Source of the DNA: an uncultured Candidatus Saccharibacteria bacterium
Lineage (GTDB): Bacteria; Patescibacteriota; Minisyncoccia; Portnoybacterales; UBA2143
NCBI GenBank assembly: GCA_964346955.1
Contig: CAYFWT010000013.1
Span: 1 to 29,022, forward strand
Direction: 5' to 3'
Length of the DNA: 29,022 bases
The position numbers and the translations under genes were made by a program. Each line of letters opens with the position of its first letter. Positions within the stretch are counted from its first letter, which is position 1. The notes under the pieces were generated by a model. It was given only the letters and a program-made list of their open reading frames with translations, had not been told where the DNA came from and made no database searches. This document shows, in pieces, positions 8,160-14,105 of the stretch.

Positions 8160-8690
8160 CTATTCCGTTTTTATTTCTATTTTTTTGGTCTTTACTTTTT
8201 CCGCCTTGGGTAATCTGATAGTTAAAATGCCATTTTTCATTTTGGCTAGGGCTTTGTCGGCCTCAACATCAACTGGCAAAATAACCGAACGGGAAAAAGC
8301 TCCCCAATAACATTCTTGATAATAGTAGTCCTCTTCTTTAACTTCTTCGTCTTTTTCTCGAGAGCCTTTTATGGTAATCATGTCGTTGGTCATAGTAATA
8401 TCAATATCTTCCGGCTTAACTCCGGCAATAGTCGATTTGATGACTATTTCATTAGGAGTTTGATAGACATCAATAGTTAGCTGTCCCTCAGATTCAGCTA
8501 GCCAATCCTCTGGTTCTTTTTTCCGAGGCGGCGAAACTTTCTTTTCTTTTTCCACAGGAATATCTTTTTTAATAGATTTGGTTTTCCCAACTTTTATTGG
8601 TTTTCTAATTTTTTCTTCTCGCTCGAGAGGTCTATCTTCTGCCCAACTAGCTCCAGTTAATCTTTCGAAAAATGATGGTTTTTTTGCCAT
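8160..8690 (-). CDS. Hsp20 / alpha-crystallin family small heat-shock protein
   Basis: Alpha-crystallin domain (LTIDVYQTPNEIVIKSTIAGVKPEDIDITMTNDMITIKGSREKD ... GAFSRSVILPVDVEADKALAKMKNGILTIRLPK). The ATG start is at 8690 (MAKKPSFFERL). The track ORF start at 8708 is an in-frame TTG. Confidence 0.9.
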   Translation of the reverse strand: MAKKPSFFERLTGASWAEDRPLEREEKIRKPIKVGKTKSIKKDIPVEKEKKVSPPRKKEPEDWLAESEGQLTIDVYQTPNEIVIKSTIAGVKPEDIDITMTNDMITIKGSREKDEEVKEEDYYYQECYWGAFSRSVILPVDVEADKALAKMKNGILTIRLPKAEKVKTKKIEIKTE

Positions 8691-8782
8691 AAATATTTCT
8701 CTAATCAATCTCGAATTCTGGCTCGAATAACCGCCAAGTTATTCGAGATTATTAATGGTTAAATTAGAGATTGATTTGTGAT
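8691..8782 (-). promoter_or_regulatory. Highly structured hsp20 leader with nested, mutually exclusive perfect helices (candidate RNA thermometer or attenuator)
   Basis: Minus-strand RNA: AAUCAAUCUC ... [AAUCUCGAAUAAC UUGGCG GUUAUUCGAG] CC AGA AUUCGAGAUU GAUUAG AGAAAUAUUU AUG. Three copies of the CUCGAAU / AUUCGAG element allow two alternative 10 bp helices. An outer 10 bp helix (AAUCAAUCUC / GAGAUUGAUU) ends 12 nt before the AUG. Confidence 0.4.
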
Positions 8783-9538
8783 TTATATTTTACAAATAGC
8801 TTGTTGCTTTTTTAATCTCCGGAAGCAATAAGAAACTAGAAGAGCCATTATCACCAAAAGAAAAGCAATAACAGAAAGAAAAGTTATTCTTTGATAAAGG
8901 GCTTCTTGACTAAGAGCCGTGATGACAAGGTAATTATAGCAGCTATGGAAAATAATAGCAATAGTTAAACCAATTAAGATTAATTTTTTTCTCTGCTTAG
9001 CATAAAGCAAGCCTAAGGCGAGCCAATAACCAACAACGCCAGAGGCAAGGGCATGGACTAAAGTTGCCCCAAGAAAACGAAGGCCAATAGTGCTAAGAGC
9101 TTCTCCTAAAGGGGGCAAGGGGAATTTTAAAAGAATGAGTAAATTTTCCACTGCGGCAAAACCTAGGCCAGCTATAATACAGTATAGCATAGCATCAATT
9201 GGCTCGTCAAATTCAGGATTTCTAAGAACTCTAAATTTGACTACCGAATATTTTAAATATTCTTCGACTAAAGCAGGAATAAGAGTACTGGCTAAGATAA
9301 TTTTAAAGAAGTGGTCTCTAGTCATTTGGGATAAAAGAGATAAAGGGTTAAGGCTAGGATTAATAAACCAGATTAATATTATTTCTAAAATAATAGCTAA
9401 AGGAGCGAGAAGCATTCCCCAGATAAAGATTCTTAAAACCATCGAATTAGGTTCTGGATGAGCATCTTTTCTTAGATAAAAAGATAGCCAGATTATACTG
9501 GGCACAAAGCCGAGAATTATGTAAAAGGGATAGGACAT
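8783..9538 (-). CDS. PrsW-like intramembrane metalloprotease (CPBP/CAAX protease superfamily)
   Basis: Polytopic membrane protein with PrsW-type motifs: YLRKDAHPEP near the N-terminus, ALVEEYLKYS (EExxK), GFAAVENL (FxxxEN) and FHSCYNY. Confidence 0.6.
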   Translation of the reverse strand: MSYPFYIILGFVPSIIWLSFYLRKDAHPEPNSMVLRIFIWGMLLAPLAIILEIILIWFINPSLNPLSLLSQMTRDHFFKIILASTLIPALVEEYLKYSVVKFRVLRNPEFDEPIDAMLYCIIAGLGFAAVENLLILLKFPLPPLGEALSTIGLRFLGATLVHALASGVVGYWLALGLLYAKQRKKLILIGLTIAIIFHSCYNYLVITALSQEALYQRITFLSVIAFLLVIMALLVSYCFRRLKKQQAICKI

Positions 9539-9556
9539 AGAGCAAGAGATAGGAGA

Positions 9557-9724
9557 GAGTTCAGGGTAATCATTTCTCGAAGACGCAGCGGCCGTGACCT
9601 AATTTGTCTTCTTCTTATAATTTAAGCCGCTGCTCCGAGATGACAAAAGAGTTCTTTATTAGTACATCAAGCTAGCTGTTATCTTTTGTCATCTAGGCTT
9701 CTCGAAATGGCCACCCTGAACTCT
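9557..9724. repeat. 170 bp structured element with about 26 bp imperfect terminal inverted repeats and two internal hairpins (candidate ncRNA or MITE)
   Basis: Outer arms AGAGTTCAGGGTAATCATTTCTCGAAG (9557-9583) and CTTCTCGAAATGGCCACCCTGAACTCT (9698-9724). Inner hairpin 1: GCAGCGGC (9585-9592) / GCCGCTGC (9626-9633). Inner hairpin 2: GATGACAAAAG (9639-9649) / CTTTTGTCATC (9684-9694), perfect 11 bp. It lies between the valS stop (9741) and the prsW-like start (9538). Confidence 0.5.
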
Positions 9725-9740
9725 TTTCGACTCGGTTTCT

Positions 9741-11834
9741 TTATTCTGGCCAATCCTCAATCATCAGAAATTCCTTTTCCTTGAAAGGTAACTTTAAATA
9801 AATAGCTTCGGTAACAAAAGGCATAAAAGGATGAAGTAATTTTAAAGAATTCAATAAAACATAAGCCAAAACTTGTCTGGTTTGAGAAATATCTTGTTTT
9901 TTAGAAGCTTCAATATATTTGTCACAAAAATCGTGCCAGAAGAAATCATAGATTGAGTGAGCTGCTTGCCCAAAACGAAAATTCTCTAAGTCTTCGGTTG
10001 CTTTTCGAGTGGTTGTTTCCAATTGTTTAAGAATCTTTCTATCGGCTGGAGTGATTTTTGTTTGAAATTTGGAATTTGTAGTTTGTTTGTGATTTGTAAT
10101 TTGTAATTTGTTATTTCCGATTTGTCCTAAGACAAATCGGCTAGCATTCCATATTTTATTAGCAAACTTTTTCCCCATAACTATATTTTCTTCAGAGAAG
10201 CGGATATCCTGATTACCCAGAGCTTGATAAATCAAGCCAAAGCGAGTGGCATCGGCACCGTATTGGTTAACTAAGTCCATGGGGTCACGACCGGTACCTA
10301 AAGATTTACTCATTCGTTTTCCCTCCTTAGTTAAGATAGTAGCATGGATAATTACATCTTTAAAGGGTATTTTTTTAACTAATTCTAGCCCAGAAAAAAT
10401 CATCCGAGCTACCCAGAGATTGATAATATCTCGGGCAGTGACCAAGGTATCAGTGGGATAAAATTTCTTAAGATCACCAGTTGCCTTAGGCCAACCAAAA
10501 GTGGCCAAGGGCCATAAGGCTGAAGAAAACCAGGTGTCTAAAACATCATCAACTCCCTTAATTGGTATTTTATGTCCCCACCAAATTTGCCGAGAAATAC
10601 ACCAATCCTTGATATTATTTAGCCAGTCAAAATATACTTTTTCCCAACGCTTGGGATGAAATTTAATCTGGCCGCTTTTAACAGCTTTAATTGCCTGGGC
10701 GGCTAATTTATCCATTTTAAGAAACCATTGTTGACTAATTAGTGGCTCGATGTCGCTATGGCAGCGGTAGCAATGAGGAATTTGATGAGAATAATCTTCA
10801 GTTTTTTCTAAGAGGCCTTCTTTTTTTAACTCTTCGACGACCTTTTGACGGGCTTCTAAAACAGTTAAACTAGCAAATTTCTGGCCTGCCTGTTTAGTCA
10901 TTCGGCCCTTATCACTAATAACCTGAATCGAAGGCAGATTGTGCCTTGAGCCAATTTCTGCATCAGTTGGCGAATGGGCTGGAGTTACCTTGACTGCTCC
11001 GGTACCAAATTCTGGATCAACTAGTTGGTCAGTTACAATAGGAATTTCCCGATTAACCAAAGGTAAAATAGCTGTTTTTCCAATAAAATCTTTATACCTT
11101 TTGTCCTGTGAATGAACCGCCACCGCCGTATCGCCCAACATCGTTTCTGGTCTAGTGGTAGCTACCACAATATAATTTTTGATTTTTGGGTTTTGACTTT
11201 TGAGTTTGTATTTGATGTACCACAAATGACTCTTTTTCTCTTTGTATTCCAATTCCAAATCAGATAAACTGGTCTGGCATCTAGGGCACCAGTTAATTAC
11301 TTTTTCTCCCTGATAAATCCAACCCTTTTGATAATAATAAAGGAAGGCCGCCTTAACTGCTTCTTGATAGTCTTTATCCATGGTAAAGGCAGTCCGACTC
11401 CAATCGCAAGAGGCACCAAGTTTTTTTAGTTGTTCTAAAATTAAATGGCCATATTTCTTTTGCCAAGCCCAAACTTTTTCTAAGAATTTTTCTTTACCCA
11501 AATCGTAACGAGTCAACCCTTGTTTTTTCAGTTCTTTTTCGACCACGTTTTGAGTAGCAATGCCAGCATGATCAGTCCCCGGCAACCATAAAGTTCGATA
11601 ACCTTGCATCCGCTTTAGCCGGATTAAGATATCTTGGACAAAGGCATTGAGAGCATGACCCATGTGCAATTCGCCAGTAATATTGGGTGGGGGGATAGCA
11701 ATACTGTATTTTTTGGTTTTCTTTTCTCGGCTAATCGGTAGTTTGTCCGGATTAAAATAACCCGACCTTTCCCAGAGTCGGTAAATCCTATCTTCGTTGG
11801 CTTTTGGATTGTAGGTCTTAGGTAATTCTTTCAT
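9741..11834 (-). CDS. valS: Valine--tRNA ligase (short form without the C-terminal coiled-coil)
   Basis: HIGH motif PPPNITGELHMGHA and KMSKS motif KRMSKSLGT. The N-terminus MKELPKTYNPKANEDRIYRLWE aligns to E. coli ValRS MEKTYNPQDIEQPLYEHWE, so the ATG at 11834 is preferred over the track's TTG at 11852. It carries an in-frame repeat-derived segment (see 10061-10140). Confidence 0.9.
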   Translation of the reverse strand: MKELPKTYNPKANEDRIYRLWERSGYFNPDKLPISREKKTKKYSIAIPPPNITGELHMGHALNAFVQDILIRLKRMQGYRTLWLPGTDHAGIATQNVVEKELKKQGLTRYDLGKEKFLEKVWAWQKKYGHLILEQLKKLGASCDWSRTAFTMDKDYQEAVKAAFLYYYQKGWIYQGEKVINWCPRCQTSLSDLELEYKEKKSHLWYIKYKLKSQNPKIKNYIVVATTRPETMLGDTAVAVHSQDKRYKDFIGKTAILPLVNREIPIVTDQLVDPEFGTGAVKVTPAHSPTDAEIGSRHNLPSIQVISDKGRMTKQAGQKFASLTVLEARQKVVEELKKEGLLEKTEDYSHQIPHCYRCHSDIEPLISQQWFLKMDKLAAQAIKAVKSGQIKFHPKRWEKVYFDWLNNIKDWCISRQIWWGHKIPIKGVDDVLDTWFSSALWPLATFGWPKATGDLKKFYPTDTLVTARDIINLWVARMIFSGLELVKKIPFKDVIIHATILTKEGKRMSKSLGTGRDPMDLVNQYGADATRFGLIYQALGNQDIRFSEENIVMGKKFANKIWNASRFVLGQIGNNKLQITNHKQTTNSKFQTKITPADRKILKQLETTTRKATEDLENFRFGQAAHSIYDFFWHDFCDKYIEASKKQDISQTRQVLAYVLLNSLKLLHPFMPFVTEAIYLKLPFKEKEFLMIEDWPE
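10061..10140. repeat. Intragenic low-complexity repeat module plus a perfect 10 bp hairpin, inserted in-frame in valS
   Basis: TTTGAAATTTGGAATTTGTAGTTTGTTTGTGATTTGTAATTTGTAATTTGTTATTTCC is followed by CCGATTTGTC-CTAA-GACAAATCGG. It encodes ...QITNHKQTTNSKFQTKITPADRK... in the variable linker before the ADRxIL motif. It is the same motif family as the intergenic repeats at 21199-21313 and 22548-22640. Confidence 0.6.
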
Positions 11835-11961
11835 AAAGTATTCTCTGAGCAAGATCTGACGAAGTCAGGCCGCCTTGAAGGGCCCTAAGTGAAGCGGTCG
11901 CTCTAGGCGACCAGGGAGTTGAAGGGTAACTAGTATTTACTGTATAACAAAAATAATCTTT
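11835..11961 (-). promoter_or_regulatory. GC-rich structured 127 nt leader upstream of valS
   Basis: GC content is far above the local background. Hairpins include GGTCGC-TCTAG-GCGACC (11897-11913) and CTGAC-GAA-GTCAG (11856-11868). AGGGCCCT is a palindrome, and there are direct repeats GTTGAAGGG / CTTGAAGGG. Confidence 0.35.
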
Positions 11962-13089
11962 TTAGGCAACTAATTTTAAATTAGCCTGGGCTTGAATTTG
12001 GGACCAATCTTGTTTTTGACTAGCTTGAGTTCGATAAAAAGCAGTCGTGGCCACCATGGCTGCGTTATCAGTACATAAATTTTTTGGCGGGACTAGAAAA
12101 TTTAATTGACTGCTGACTGCGGAGAGCCGAGAGTTGAATTGTTTTCGCAACTGGTCATTGGCAGCTACCCCACCAGAAAGCATAATGCTTTTAGCTCTAT
12201 AATCTTTAGCTGCTTTAATAGTTTTAGTAATTAAAACATCAATGGCCGCCTGCTGAAAAGAGGCACAGATATCCGGCACTCTTAGGGACAGTCCCTGAGG
12301 GACAGTCCTTAAAGGACGCCTCAAAAGAGATTGTCCCTGTTTTTGCCTTTGTCCTTTTACCAAGTAAAGCACTGCTGTCTTCAGTCCTGAAAAGCTGAAA
12401 TCATAATTATGAGAGTTAATCATTGGTCGGGGTAGATTAAATGACTGGAAGTTGCCTTTTTGAGCTTTTTGGGAAATAATTGGTCCACCAGGATAACCTA
12501 GATTTAATAATTTAGCCACTTTATCAAATGCTTCTCCGGCGGCATCATCTCTGGTCTGGCCAAGTAACTTATACTTACCATGGCCTTTCATTAGAATCAA
12601 TTGAGTATGCCCTCCGCTGACCACCAGGCAGAGAGCTGGAAAAATATTTTTGGAAATTAGAAATTGGGAATTGGAAATTTCGCCAATTGGCTTTAGCCAA
12701 TTGGCGTAGATATGGGCTTCGAGGTGGTTTATGCCTAAAATTGGTTTCCGCCAATTATAAGCCAGGGCCTTGGCAAAATTAACTCCCACTAAAAGAGAAG
12801 GAATCAAACCAGGTCCAGTGGTCACCCCAATTAAATCAATTTTTGGATTTTTTGCTTCCTTAAGAGCAGTCAAAAGACAAGGTTCAATATTCTTTAAATG
12901 AGCCCGGGCAGCTAAATTAGGTACCACTCCACCAAAGGGAGCATGAATTTTTATCTGAGAAGAAACTACATTAGATAAAATCTCACAGCCTTGAGGGCTG
13001 CGGCATTTGACCAGGGCAATGCCTGTATCGTCACAAGATGTCTCAATTCCCAGGATAATCATAGATTTAGTATAACATAAAATATCCAC
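11962..13089 (-). CDS. tsaD: tRNA N6-adenosine threonylcarbamoyltransferase TsaD (Kae1/Gcp family)
   Basis: MIILGIETSCDDTGIAL, VSGGHTQL, DDAAGEAFDKVAKLL, FSFSGLKT and CTDNAAM blocks match E. coli TsaD. The probable true start is the ATG at 13062. It contains two repeat-derived in-frame insertions (12651-12706 and 12285-12340). Confidence 0.9.
   Translation of the reverse strand: MDILCYTKSMIILGIETSCDDTGIALVKCRSPQGCEILSNVVSSQIKIHAPFGGVVPNLAARAHLKNIEPCLLTALKEAKNPKIDLIGVTTGPGLIPSLLVGVNFAKALAYNWRKPILGINHLEAHIYANWLKPIGEISNSQFLISKNIFPALCLVVSGGHTQLILMKGHGKYKLLGQTRDDAAGEAFDKVAKLLNLGYPGGPIISQKAQKGNFQSFNLPRPMINSHNYDFSFSGLKTAVLYLVKGQRQKQGQSLLRRPLRTVPQGLSLRVPDICASFQQAAIDVLITKTIKAAKDYRAKSIMLSGGVAANDQLRKQFNSRLSAVSSQLNFLVPPKNLCTDNAAMVATTAFYRTQASQKQDWSQIQAQANLKLVA
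12285..12340. repeat. Tandem AGGGAC-N-GTCCCT palindromes with extra GGAC/GTCC half-sites, in-frame in tsaD
   Basis: AGGGACAGTCCCT (12285-12297) and AGGGACAGTCCTT (12299-12311), then AAAGGACGCC ... GTCCCTG ... GTCC. It encodes KGQRQKQGQSLLRRPLRTVPQGLSLRVPD, about 17 aa longer than the E. coli TsaD loop after FSGLKT. Confidence 0.6.
12651..12706. repeat. Intragenic low-complexity GGAAATT repeats plus a perfect 11 bp hairpin, in-frame in tsaD
   Basis: GGAAATTAGAAATTGGGAATTGGAAATTT, then CGCCAATTGGC-TTTA-GCCAATTGGCG. It encodes ...YANWLKPIGEISNSQFLISKNIFP..., about 11 aa longer than the E. coli TsaD loop between HHMEGHLLAP and VSGGHTQL. Confidence 0.6.
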
Positions 13090-13098
13090 TATTTTAAC

Positions 13099-13127
13099 TT
13101 GACTTTTTAATTTTATTATGGTAAACT
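13099..13127 (+). promoter_or_regulatory. sigma70-type promoter TTGACT-N17-TAAACT for the hypothetical gene
   Basis: -35 at 13099-13104 and -10 at 13122-13127, with a 17 nt spacer. The leader is about 55 nt, ending at SD GGAGGTGG (13175-13182). Confidence 0.4.
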
Positions 13128-13188
13128 GTTAGCGGTTCTTTAGCAAGAGTACGGATTGAAAATAAAGACAGTTTGGAGGTGGATAAAA

Positions 13189-13917
13189 ATGAAAGATAGA
13201 TTATTAAGATGTGTTAAGTGCAATGAAGTGATTAGCTTGACTCCGTGTGATTTTTCGCCAGGGGAACAACAACGACTCCAGGCAGGAATCTTCTCTATAA
13301 CCGAAGAGGAAAGAGGAAAATTTGAAGAGCGCCATCAAGGCCACCAGTTGGAAAGATTGGAGGTTAGAAGAAATTCTTATGCCAGCGAAGATCCTTGGTC
13401 TGACCCAACCAGGGAAGGATTTTTTGAAGCTACTGATAGCCAAGGGGGAAACTTTGTTGTCAAGCAATGGCGAGAGAAGACTGATGAGCCAATGAGTTAT
13501 GAGTTGGTTGGCCGGGGATGCATTAGAATCGAGAACAAAGAAATAGAAGTTCAGGAAGCTGCTATTAAGGAACAACTCAGATTGGAAGCTCAGGATAGGC
13601 AGCTAGTCATTGATGAGCAAGTCGAAGGCTTTCTCGTCGAACTTCTTAAAGCTCACGCAGGCTTTCTACTCCACAAAAAAAATCCTGAAGGGCAGATGGT
13701 CTTTAATGACAATCCTTTGATGGTTTGGTTCAGATTGAATGAATCATTCTTTTCTCCGATTCTATCCCTTTTGAAGACCATTCTCGGCAAAAGGGAGTAT
13801 CGATTTATCGAGGATTTCGTTGAGCAACATAATGAGTTCAACGATGTCCTAAGTTTGAAAATCAAACGTCGCTTCGAGGTTGTTGCCTTCGAATTCACCA
13901 ATCGCTTAGAAGGCTAA
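13189..13917 (+). CDS. Hypothetical protein with an N-terminal Cys cluster (possible zinc ribbon); monocistronic, GC-richer than the flanks
   Basis: A strong SD sits 6 nt before the ATG at 13189 (the track start 13156 is an in-frame TTG). N-terminus LLRCVKCNEVISLTPCDF. No recognisable family was identified. It has its own promoter and terminator. Confidence 0.55.
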   Translation: MKDRLLRCVKCNEVISLTPCDFSPGEQQRLQAGIFSITEEERGKFEERHQGHQLERLEVRRNSYASEDPWSDPTREGFFEATDSQGGNFVVKQWREKTDEPMSYELVGRGCIRIENKEIEVQEAAIKEQLRLEAQDRQLVIDEQVEGFLVELLKAHAGFLLHKKNPEGQMVFNDNPLMVWFRLNESFFSPILSLLKTILGKREYRFIEDFVEQHNEFNDVLSLKIKRRFEVVAFEFTNRLEG

Positions 13918-13928
13918 TTGCAAATTTG

Positions 13929-13961
13929 GCGGGGCTAACCCAAAGGCCCCGCTTTTCATTT
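13929..13961 (+). terminator. Rho-independent terminator
   Basis: GCGGGGC-TAACCCAAAG-GCCCCGC followed by TTTTCATTT, 12 nt after the 13917 stop. Confidence 0.7.
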
Positions 13962-14000
13962 GACCAAAAAGGAATTTTTGAGTAGGCTATAGAAGAATAA

Positions 14001-14072
14001 GGCCCCGTCGTCTAGTGGTTAGGACCTCAGCTTTTCAAGCTGGTAACAGGGGTTCGACTCCCCTCGGGGCTA
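14001..14072 (+). tRNA. tRNA-Glu (anticodon TTC); no encoded CCA
   Basis: GGCCCCG TC GTCT AGTGGTTAG GAC ... anticodon loop TTTTCAA ... TAACA GGGG TTCGACT CCCCT CGGGGCT A. It closely resembles E. coli tRNA-Glu (GTCTAGAGGCCCAGGAC ... TTTCACGGCGGTAACAGGGGTTCGAATCCCCT). Confidence 0.9.
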
Positions 14073-14074
14073 CT

Positions 14075-14099
14075 AATAGTTCGACAAGCTCACTATAAA
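14075..14099 (+). repeat. 25 bp exact repeat AATAGTTCGACAAGCTCACTATAAA (copy 1); its inverted partner is at 21271-21295
   Basis: Perfect 25/25 reverse-complement match to 21271-21295. Copy 1 starts 2 bp after tRNA-Glu and ends 6 bp before the GT2 start codon. It contains the internal inverted pentamers ATAGT ... ACTAT. Confidence 0.85.
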
Positions 14100-14105
14100 T
14101 TTTTT

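Noticed and set aside
9090-9461. 123 aa + ORF
   Set aside because: Antisense to the PrsW-like membrane protein. Also rejected: the antisense ORFs 10246-10461 (in valS), 13204-13575 and 13653-13901 (in the hypothetical gene), and 15924-16229 (in dksA-like).
11835-11961. T-box riboswitch upstream of valS
   Set aside because: There is no T-box consensus, no specifier-loop or antiterminator architecture, and the leader is only 127 nt. It is retained only as a generic structured leader.
14085-14099. Phage T7-type promoter (core CTCACTATA) within the 25 bp repeat
   Set aside because: Only the 9 bp core matches. There is no single-subunit RNAP gene or phage context in the window. It is treated as coincidence and kept only as a note.
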